Part shown: piece by piece, positions 13,001 to 23,432 of the stretch
Layout of the letters: every line of letters starts with the position of its first letter
How positions within the stretch are numbered: the first letter of the stretch is position 1
DNA from: Klebsormidium nitens
Taxonomy: Eukaryota > Plantae > Klebsormidiophyceae
Direction of reading: 5' to 3'
NCBI GenBank assembly: GCA_000708835.1
Contig: DF237283.1
Span: 1 to 64,000 of the forward strand
DNA: 64,000 nucleotides
Translations under genes and position numbers: made by a program
The notes under the pieces: model-generated
The model's database searches: none
Told to the model about the DNA's origin: nothing
The model's input: only the letters and a program-made list of their open reading frames with translations

Positions 13001-14550
13001 AGGAACGGTCTGAGGCGGAGAGACTGGAGCTTGCAGAAAGGAACGCAGAACTAGAGGCGGGGAATAGGGAAGTGGAGGCGGGAAAGAGGCAACTAGAGCG
13101 GGAGAAGAACGAGGCGGAGGAAGAGTCTGCCGGCCTCCGGGCGGAACTGGAGGAGCTGAGAGCGGAAGCGGAAGCGGCAAAGCAGGCGCTGCAACGGGAG
13201 GTCGACCAACAGAGAGAGTGAGTGATTACGAATGACGGTGTTCGGTTGGTCTGCTTGCTAGATTCGCAGATCTTGCTGAAGTTCGAGAATTCGTAGCGTA
13301 GCTGTGCTGTTGGTCTTGAACGTGTGGCGTAATCCAAGAGTCTCCCAAGACGTGCGGCCAAGGTCGACATTTTGTAACTTGTCGACGTTTGAGTGAAACT
13401 TTTATAGCTAACTAGTTCTAAGGGCAGTTCCAAGGTGCTCACATGTCGAGCTTTTCCTTCCCTTCTTTTCGAGCAGGCCACGTCTGTCGACCGTTTGAAA
13501 GAACGACGTCTTGCCATTGATCGTCCTCTCGTGTTGAATCGCTCGATAGTACACCGTGTAGATCAAGGTTCGATCCACGGCCCTTGTAAATACGAGCTGG
13601 CAACTCTTGTGCGTGCGTGATACGAGATAATCAAGATACCTGATCAGATCGCAACTCACGCAAAGGCCGTCTTTTAACAGATAAGAAGCGTTTGGATCAT
13701 CCCGTGTCCAGGAATATCATACATTGAACGTAGTGACTCTGACAACTGCAGGCTAAAGGTGAAGGCGTACGAATCGGCGTGGAAGGCGGCAGTCGCAAAA
13801 TTCGAGCAAGAGGCCCTGGAGAGGTACGAGTCCCTGCGGGACAGGCTGGAAGGCAGGATTGCGGAGGCCCACACGTCGGCTAACAAGGCCCACGCCACAA
13901 TCGCGACGCTGCAGCGCACAATCTCCACTCAGCAGCGCATGATCACGACTTTGCGGGAGACGATCCAGACGGATTCCGCTGGAGGAAACGGAAGGAAGAG
14001 GGGGGCGGAAGCAGAAGAGGAGGGTGCGAAGAAGAAGAAAGCAAGAGGGGGGGAGGAAGAGGGCGCGGTAACGGTTGGCGACGACGTGGCAACGGAAGTG
14101 ACGACGGTTTTCGATGGCATTCCGGAGCCTGCGGTGTTCCGAAGGGGCGAGAGAGCCGCGAATCTGCGGCAGGGGGTTCCGAAGGCTGCGAAAGTCGCCC
14201 CCGGCGCCGTGGATGTACGAGCGGGGGTGCCGGCGCCGAAGAAGCGGGGGAGAAAGGGAACGGCGTCGGAGCGGAAGATCGACATCGACCTGATGACGTC
14301 GGATGAGGACGAGCCGGCTCTAGACTCTGAAGATGGAGCAAGGGGAAGCGGCAGAAGCGGAAAGGCTGAGAGTAAGAAGGACAATGGTGCAGTAAATGGG
14401 CAGTTAAGTGTCGAGAATGTTCCGTATAGGATGCCGCGATATCCGGTTAGTGGGGGTCTCCGTTCGAATCCCAACATAGGGTTCTTCAAGTACGGGCGGG
14501 TCTGGCGGACCTACTGGAAAAGGGGCCCGCCCCGGTCAATGGCTTATTAA
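7038..14550 (+). CDS. Rpr2/Rpp21/SNM1-type zinc-ribbon protein (RNase P/MRP subunit-like) with ~1500-aa acidic disordered and coiled-coil extension
   Basis: Exon 7038-7165 (QRAAFLWRAANALL) joins through a GC-AG intron to 8210-11193, which reads SCARCETALLPGVNCRV...VLYQCSVC. This matches the Rpr2 pattern: helix, CxxC, LIPGxxC, CxxC. Further in-phase exons: 11792-(N gap)-~12388, 12732-13217 (coiled coil), 13752-14550. The family call is by motif recognition only, and continuity across the gap is inferred. Confidence 0.7.
11949..12292. other. Assembly gap (344 N)
   Basis: Run of N. The coding frame differs on the two sides, so the gap length is an estimate or it hides an intron. Confidence 0.99.
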
Positions 14551-15175
14551 GGATAAATGGGAACATTGCGCGTACTTGTCTGCTTGTCAATAGAGTCACT
14601 TTGACTGGATGAAGGTCTGGCAGGGTCGACGAAGTCGATTTTCAAACCGAGCTAGCAACCGTACCCAACAACACCTTTTCAGTCTGTGAAAAGAAATACA
14701 TATACTCTATTGCCATACTCATTTTTGGCATTGACCTTCTTATGAACTGCGTGGGTGGTTCGCACTTGACAAGAAATACACACAGTTTTCGCATAATCGA
14801 GTCGCGTTTTTAAATGTCAGCCTGGCAGCGGCCCCCATTTGCACCACGGCCGGGCTGCTCATGTTTGCAAACTTGACAGTGACACTAGCTAAAAGCATTG
14901 AATCATTGATTCGAACTGATTATTGAGACACACTAGCTAAAAGCAATTACTGCCTGTTTATAGCAAGCTCATGGTGCTTGCTTATATGTCGTCACGGCGT
15001 GCATGAGGCTCGTCAATCCTTAACTTCCGTTGCATGGCAGATCTCCATTTCATCATGGAACTTAGTCGTGAGCTCGTAAAATTTCCGACGTTGCCTAGGC
15101 AGAATGATCCGATGATGTGAATATTATATATAGCGGTGTTCGTGGCGCCATGCAAGTGACCGGCCGCCCAGCGCC

Positions 15176-15283
15176 ATCCAAGGGGTGCCTAGAGACCATT
15201 TTATTAAACTAGCTCACGCGGCGCGGCGCCGTCCAATGGGTGCCAGCAGAGCTAGACCATTCTATTAATCTAGCTCACGCGGC
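15176..15283. repeat. ~61-bp-period degenerate tandem duplication in the convergent intergenic region
   Basis: GACCATT(T/C)TATTAA(A/T)CTAGCTCACGCGGC at 15194-15222 and 15255-15283. Also CACTAGCTAAAAGCA at 14883-14897 and 14931-14945. Confidence 0.8.
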
Positions 15284-15789
15284 CGGCATACATCATGTGG
15301 CGCGCACAACAATGCACCTAGGCATGCATGCATATGCACAACTGTCATCAAATCTCGACCGGACCGTCTCGCTGGCATAATGCAGATTCCGGGCGCACCA
15401 GAGCCATATGCATTCTGCCAGGACTAGATCGGATGCACCAAGCCCGCTGCGCACCTGACTGCCACCCCTAAGTATGCACAATGATGCGTCAGTTCTAAGT
15501 TGTGTCTCGAATTATTTGATCATATCCGTGAGTCGCGCTGCCAAATAATTAGTAAAAGGGCAGGACTCTCTTACTCTAGTACACGGAGCAACATCTGCGG
15601 GTCGGTGGTTCGGCCTTTGACAAAAGGGATATGAGCACAGTTGTTCAGAGTTTATACCACGTAGTCGGTGACAACGATCAAGCTTCTGTAGTTGCTGACA
15701 GCTTTATGCCTAGCAACTCCAGTTAAGAATCGACGGTGCTTGCTTGTCTACCTAAGAAAGAATTGTGGCTATGGCATCAATGTGACGCT

Positions 15790-18700
15790 TCACCTTGCAG
15801 CGCCCGGCTTGCTTCCAAAATCGTAGTTGTCGTAAACCTTAAAGAATAATTCTCGGCACGGCACGGTGGCCCCCAGCTTTATGCACGCCAAAAACGCCCC
15901 GGACAACTTCCTATGCAAAGAGTACGCTTCGTCGGGGGGAGGCGTCAACCGGTGGCGAAGCATCACCGCCCCGAGGGCCGTAACCCGCTTGGTTAGGTCC
16001 GTGGTTTTGAAGTCAAACCCGCCCGGTTTGGCAAACGGGATCCCGACCACAAACGCCGCTTGGGAGTGCGCGTCCAACATGACCCGGGACTCGTCCCCGG
16101 TCAGGAAGCCCAGGCGCTTGGAGTACTCGATGACGCCATCCCGGTCTTTGTCGGCGCATGCTCGGACCTGCGAAAACAGACCGGGGATTATCAAAGAGCA
16201 GTGCTTTGACGAACTTCGGAGGGCGGACTGGGGTGAAGTGGACACGTGGAAAATAGTGAGGCTGTAGTTCTGGACAAAATCTGCGGGATGTTTTTGTCAA
16301 GTGCAGACCCAAACGGACCCAAACGGTCACCGGTCTAGCCATTTCTTCCCAGTGAATTTTCTTACAGAGAGCGGACCCAACGGTAGGCTAGCATTCTACG
16401 CGTTTCTTAGGGCGAAGAAACATAGGAACCTGTATTTGACGTCGCCATCGAGCAGCTCTGGCTCGCAGAAGCAGACTTTCCGGCGCCCATGTCGCATTAT
16501 CTCTAAAGAGCGACCGACGACGACTTCACGGATTCCAAAAAGCTCAATCTCGGCGTCACTTTGAAGTTGCTTCAAACCACACTTGATGCAATCAAAGTTC
16601 CAGAAGGAAACCTCACCACTTTCAAAATTGCTATCGACTACACTTTGATGGAATCCCAACGCCGCTGTTCCACTTCTTGGTACAAGCGTAAAGGGGTGTA
16701 AAGGTAACCAATATCTGTCAATTTACAAAGCCAGAAATTCTCACCATCTCTAGGTAGTTGTCAACGAATACCCTGGGAAAGTCGCGCGCAGCCCCAAAGT
16801 CGATCAGATAGATGCGGTCCGTTTCCTCGTCGTACAAAAAGTTGCCCCAATTTGGGTCCGTCTGCAGCGGACGTGACGTTAGCATAGTCAGAACATGACG
16901 TGGCGGCGATCTGCATTCTCAAAGTCGCTTCAACGTCGATCAGGAAAGGTCTATGTCAACAGCTTGTATTGAAACTGAAATTCCAACTTTCTGCTGACGT
17001 CAGCGCCAGACAGTGTCCTTGCTAAACAAGCTTCCATCTGAAACAAGTTGACGAATAATGGAGCATTTGCTTAAAAGTGTGACGCGAGGCTTGCTTGAGC
17101 AGCATAGGATGGCCGCCGTGGTGAGTACTAACTTCAGACAAGCACACCGTTTCTCAACCTCAAAACCTTCTTCGTGCGCTAAATTGGACGGCGGGCATTA
17201 TTCCAGATTGTGGCACCGCCAAACTGACGCCCTGTAGCAGGATGTTGACCAGAGCAAGTCAAACCCTGACAGAGGGGAACAGCAATAATAGCAAACAATC
17301 TTTCCGACGTCTATAATTTAGAAGCGGCGAAACTCTCCAATCAAAAGCAAAATCCTAGTAGACTTTGAACTGACTCTGCTCCGATGTGAACAAACTGACA
17401 GCAAGTGACGGCAACTAGCGCGGCGAGACTTGCCTGCATGAAGCGGAACTCGAAGAGCTCCTGGAGCGTCAACCGCAGCAGCCGTTCCGCCACGCGGTTA
17501 CGCGTAGCCTCGTCCATGCGTGCCACGTTGTCAATGGAGTTGCCTGCGGAAAGTCAAATTGTTTTAAATGCTGCATTTTGGTCCTCTCGTCACTTCCCTT
17601 CTACTCGCCTCCGCATACTACTTTCCCGTGTTGTTGTCTTAGTAAGAGTCCTCTTTCAAGAATCTCTTCATTCAAGCCAATTGCTCCGGCAGTCCCTGAT
17701 CTTGTGGTGCAACTTTGTTGACCCATTGTCATTGCACAACGAACTTCGTGGAAAACGTCTCAGAATACAGGAAGCACGGGTTACGGAGACCTGATAGGTG
17801 AATTAGAGGATCCTTGGTCCACTCTTTTATCACTTCCACTTCATCGTACGTTCACGTAACCCGTACCGACTCTTCCCTAACCAACTTTGCTTGACTCTTC
17901 GCCCGCATCTTGGAAGAAAAGGATCAAGGCCATTGTGCGTTCCTTAACCATGCGGTTGGGTTTCTACAGCCGCGGGGTTCACCTGGCACAAGCTCCGTGG
18001 TTAGCACCTTGTTAGTGGACAAGTAATCCACCACTTGCGGAACGTAAAAGTCGGGGTCGTCTCCCAGCATCTCGCGGTACCGCTTCTGACTCCGCGCCTC
18101 AAGCGCATAGTCGCACTCGGCGCCGAGCTCGACCTTGGCAATCTGCGGGTTTTGAATTCAACGTGAGGATCACATTCGATCGAATCCAGATCACGCCCAA
18201 GTAGAGTTGGGTATGAAACTTGACTGTGCGCCTCCGAATCGTAGACGCTTTACTCCAAGCGTGTTTTTACCCAAAAGCCGGGTCGGCTTAGGAAGACTGG
18301 ATTTGGGCAAAGCCTCCCCATCCTGTACCAATAGGCTTCGGATCTCCACCCCTAGATAACCCTGATTAACTTGCTTTCATGAATTGGTTTCAAAACAGCT
18401 GGCCACCTGCTGTACCTCTTATTTACACAAACCTCAAGAGATTCGGATCAAGGAAAGGTTGTAACAAATGGAACCGACGCTTCCTACCCTGATAGCGTGC
18501 TTCAGACACAGCCCCTCATGACGATTCCAGCCAAGTCGAGAATGCGCGGCATGTTAGATAACGCAGACTCTGACAGCCTATGAGCTCAAAGATCTAGCGA
18601 CCTCTGCAACCTTGGTCATACACGAAGCAGTGACGTCAGCGCCTCTCTCACCTTGATGGCGTGGTCCAGATATAGGCCCTTGGGAACAACGTCCGTCCAG

Positions 18701-21700
18701 TCGAGGATGCGCCGCATGTTGTCGATGTCGCTGTCAATGCTCTCGGAGACACCGGGGTACTGCACCTTCATGGCCACCTCACGGAAGGGACCATACGCGC
18801 CCCCCGCGTATTCCTCTTTCAAAGTCGCGTGGTGCACCTGCCGACAGACCAAGAGTCGCTCAAGATCAGCTTAAACGACGACTCCGAACCAAGGGTCTGC
18901 AGATATAGGAAAATAAAGGACAGTGGTTACCTTAAGAGTCTTGTGGCACTGCTGTACCCGCTGATAAGCCTGCAGAGGTTTGGGACTTGGGTGAGATTTG
19001 TACCTCGTCAAATACCAACGGAACAAGTCGTACGCCCCCTCGTAACTCTCTTATAAGATGGCGGGGTGAACCTGTCGGAGGACCATAACTCTTTTGAATC
19101 CATTCGGCCTCCAAGACAAAGTGACAGGTCCACGATGGTCGCAGTACTTGTATCAGAACTTTCGTAAGCGTCCCCCTGTGCTGGAAGCATGATCTCCTCT
19201 GGGGGTCGTGCAGTGACCTCAAAATGATTGACGGCAACGCCCTCGGCTTTAGGAGATTGATTGTCCCTCTTTTTGTTCAGGCGATGGGTCCTTGGAAGCG
19301 CTCTTCCACGCGCGCAGCATACTTCCCTGTGGAAAATACTGCTCAGTGACTCTGACGGCTGTGATTTACTCTTTTCCTTCCGCAACATGACTGAGCAACT
19401 TGCTTGAAATACTCACTTTTTCTTCGTTGTCCTGTGGTGATGGTTAAGCTTTAAGGACGCAGAGATGGACAGCAAACGCGCCCGCGCCTACCCAGCGCTC
19501 GAGGCCACCATATTTGCCCTCAATTGCGGTAAGAAACTAGGAAGAACAGGGGCTTCGCCCAAAGCTTCGCCTACTTTGAAAATTCGACTGAGTCTCAGCC
19601 TCTCAATTACGAAGAGCGACAATCTAAGACGCACGCATGAAGCTCAATGTAAGAATAAGGCTGAACTGCAACGATAAAGACCACTTTCGTTGCGCTTGTG
19701 GCGAAAAGCGTCCACGGAACTAAGAGGTTGAGTGAGAAGAGGGAAAACGCAGTAGAAGGACCATGGAAAAACAGTAAGGTTAGTAAGTAAGAAGGAAACA
19801 GAGTAAGATTAAAGGTTAAGAGAATGACAGAAACTTGTCGCACCTGCCCGATGCTCGCCGCGGCCATGGGCAGGTCGTCGAACTCCGCGAGGCGGCCCTT
19901 CCAGCCGGGCCCCATCTCGCCCGCCAGCACCCGCTCTAGTTGCTTGCGTGGCATGACGTCAGCGCCCTGCCGCACACGCTCGAGCGCCTTGGCAATCTGC
20001 GGGGGGATGACGCTCTCGTCCTGGATGCTCAGCATCTGGCCCAGCTTAAGAGCCGCTCCGCGCATCCTGCATGAAACAATCAGCTTCTTTTTCTTCCTTG
20101 TCGTTTGATGCTTTGCGGTTTCTCGCCGTGTCCAAATTCTTGAGATAGCGTTTCCGGCCTGATGCTCAGCATCTGGCCCAGCTTCAGAGCCGCTCTACGC
20201 ATCCTGCACGAAGGATCATCTTCGTTTTTACTTTGATTCCTGATTGGTGTGTGCTTTCTTTTTGTGTTTGGTTTTCGTGGAAAAAACGCCCCGTCCTAGT
20301 TGCTCAGCATCTGGCCCAGCTTCGAAGCGGCGCCCCGCACCCTGCGCAGGAGATCTATTTTCACCTTCATCTGGTTCGACTCTCTAACTGATTTCGGTCT
20401 TTTTTGTGGAATCATTGAGAAATGCTTCCGTTCTAGATGCTCGCCCCGATGCTCGCAAGTGGAAAACACGTATAAGCTGACTGAAACCGATCAACGAAAT
20501 GTTTTGTGCAGGATGCGTGGAGCGGCTCTCAAAGTGGGCCAGTTGCGAGCATCTGGAGAAAGCGGAACCACCAAAATATCGAGATACCCTCTAGCTGGGT
20601 TCGCTGCTCGTTGCCCTTCTACTGAGCAAGATCACTGCCGAGCAGCGGTTTGTACGATGAGATTCGCCGCCTCTATTGATGAGTCTCCTCACGACAAACG
20701 CACCGAGCGATATCCGAGCGGGTCGAAGACCCTACCACCTAGACAATTCAAGACTACCGTGAGACGAGAGAAGATCAGCAACATCAAGACGGCTAATCTG
20801 TATTCCAACATAAATCATCACAAAAGCTAAATAATGATGAGTAATACCAACAACAAATCACATTAATCAGAAAATGAACTCAGCGTCCAACAAGCACGGT
20901 CAGTTCAGCAGAGGCAACAATGAACCCCGATGTCACGGCACTTAACGTGTCAAGTTTTCCGAGAGTACTGGGCACACTCCTCATACCTTGCCAAGCCCGC
21001 CGCAAGCCTCTCCGCGTTTCCCTCGCTCATGAACGCGTTCCCTCCAGGAGCAGCGCCGCCAAACATGAGCCGCCCCGCCGACTCGCCTAGAGTGCCGAAT
21101 GCCATTCCCGCTGCCATCTGGCCGAACCTGCATACGACACGTGGCAGTGTTAGAGAAGCTGGGAAGCGAGTTCGATGAGAAGGAAGTGGCTGCGGAACAA
21201 ACAGGAGAACCTTGACCAGCGACGATATCTACTGAAAGGGAGCCTTACTTTCTGCAAAGTGTGGGGAGCGAAGAAGGACACACCTACCTTGAGGATAAGC
21301 CAGCCGTTTGAAAGCTGCAGACTGATAGTGTGAACACTCCTCAAGCCCAGACAGAATCAGTGCACGATCGGACGGAGTCCGAACGATGGAGGAAACGTGA
21401 ACATCCATCCCGCACGACGTTTCGGGCACATTTGAGAGCATCGTCTTCTGATTCTCATGGGAAGCCGCAGAGGTCGATACATGGAAGACAAGTGAAAGGT
21501 AGAACGAGAATCTTCTATCTCGGTTCCGCACAACCACCTCACAGTACCCTAGCGTCACCAGTATGATGTAGCTTACAAAATCACAGCAACTCTATGTAAT
21601 CAAGAGGCTTTTTCCGCAAAACGAGGCACTCACCCAAACACCCGTGCCATGGGCCCCGCCGGAACCTTCCTTTCCCGCGCCTGCTTCGTTCTCCGCTCCA

Positions 21701-23432
21701 CCTCTTTCCTCTTGGACTCTTCCGCACGCTGCCGCGCCCGTACTTCTTTCGATTGCGCCACCACCGGCTCGTCGATCTCGGCCGCATTCCCATCCTTAAG
21801 TTTCTCACCCACTCTCGTTGTCTCTTCGCTCGTTGGACGTCCCACTGGGCTTCTCTCAGTGTCCAAACCGCTCCTTCCAACATCTGTACTGGTCGTCCTA
21901 GCTTTCGTAGCAGAATGTGCGTCTTCTGAAGGGCTTCTCCCTGCATCGGAGCTGCTCGTCTTGGCATCTTCACTGCTCGTCGCCCTTCCCCGGGCGTCTG
22001 TCTCGTCCAATCGCTTGGCATCAATCCCAAGAGCCGCCCCCGCTGCGTGCATATCCCTTCCACCGCTAGTCTGCTCCATTCTCCGACTGTCCGAGGCGTC
22101 CCCCTTCTGTTTCTCAAGCTTCGACTCGTGTCCTGGGGCAACAAAGGTCACCGTCCCCGTGTTTGTTTCGGAAGGCATGCGGTGCGAGTGTTCGGACACT
22201 GGCATCGCCTTGAGCTTTGCCAACCGCTCCTCGGGGCTGTGTGTGCCTGCCGCCAATGGCTGCACTCCTGCTGACGCGCTCTGGTTTGAACCGGGACCAG
22301 AGTGTAAAGTGGGCCCTGCGTGGGAGTTGCTTCGGTTCTCGATCCAGGACCAGACGTCAGCTCCAAACCCAGGCTGGCTTCGCGCAAAAGTAATCGAACT
22401 TGCTTTCCTTGTGATGCTTGGCTCTGTATCTGCCTCAAACAAAGCCTTGAGAATGGAACTACCGGCGCGTTCCAGCTCCCCTCGCAAATCAAGCTGCTGA
22501 TCAACCTGCTTGGAAATTTGCACCGCCTGCTCTAACCCCTGCCTTAACTCAGGGGATAACCTTCCCCCCTTTCGCGCCTGCTTCAGCACGTCTGTCACTT
22601 CTCGGGTCGCAGCCTGCAAATCGAACCCTTGACCGTTCAAAACCCTCCGGAGCTGACTGTCGGGATGCGACCCCGCATGGAAAGCGATCCGTGACGCTAG
22701 CGACACGCCGTCGATAGCCGCGCTCAGCTGCGCCCGCTGCTCCTTTGGAATTGCCGTCTCTAGTTGCCGGAACGCGTCCCCGACCCGCATCTCAAGTCCA
22801 AGCTCACTGCGGGGGTCCAAAGCCTCCCCAAGCGCCTTCCCAAGTTGTTGCCCCGCCTCGGTAAGCCTCTCCCCAGCTGCCTCTTGTGTGGCCGTAAACT
22901 GAAGGCTGCTTCCGGTTCCAGTAACCCACCCCCCCAACTCTGCAAGAGGGCGCTGGCCCCTGAGAGAATCAAGAGTGGACTTGACACTCTGCTCCGCTTG
23001 CTGGCTGGCGCCATGCAGAGAGCCAGCGACGGTTTCAAGCGTGGACTTGGCACTCTGCTCCGCTTGGTGCATGTATGGATCTAAGCCAGCTTGCGCCGCA
23101 GCCGAGCGCGCACTCTCAACCCCCGCCCCAACCGCAGAAGCCACCGTCTTATCCAGACTTGACACCACCCCTCCATGTGGACTCCTAGAACTTGTCCCGT
23201 CTCCTGCGTGACGGTGCACAGTGACATCTCCAGGAAAAGCATGAGTCTTTCCCGGCAGGGATACGATCACCTCGGCGCCCCCTTTTGTGGCTGCTATAAG
23301 TGCACCCCCAAAGTCGCCTGCCAAGGCTTTCTTGGCTGCCTGTGTGCCTGCTAGCTCTCCGATCCCCTGTGCGGCGACCAATCCTAGTCCCCGAGCCAAC
23401 CGCCCCACATCCTGCAGTCTACTACTAGCCAT
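15790..23432 (-). CDS. COQ8: COQ8/ABC1 (ADCK3/4-like) atypical UbiB-family kinase, probably mitochondrial, with long N-terminal region
   Basis: Motifs RERKVP...RVFG|[12 protein letters not shown]|[16 protein letters not shown] (KxGQ), AAASIGQ|[31 protein letters not shown]|[14 protein letters not shown], and [24 protein letters not shown]. Approximate exons: 21636-23432, 20990-21128, 19844-20066, 18652-18838, 17982-18144, 17434-17547, 16750-16861, 15790-16167. Confidence 0.95.
20024..20345 (-). repeat. Three tandem ~137-bp copies of a COQ8 3' splice site plus exon start
   Basis: Cores at 20024-20071 (functional), 20161-20208 (45/48 identical) and 20301-20345 (38/45 identical). Acceptor spacing is 137 and 138 nt. 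Confidence 0.92.
20507..20553 (+). repeat. Inverted fourth copy of the same COQ8 acceptor/exon start
   Basis: The plus strand reads TTTTGTGCAG|G ATG CGT GGA GCG GCT CTC AAA GTG GGC CAG TTG ([12 protein letters not shown]), antisense to the gene. Confidence 0.9.

Noticed and set aside
13566-13575. GGTTCGATCC T-loop-like motif (and GTTCGAATCC at ~14462)
   Set aside because: No acceptor stem, D-arm or anticodon arm could be folded around either. The first is intronic and the second is inside a CDS.
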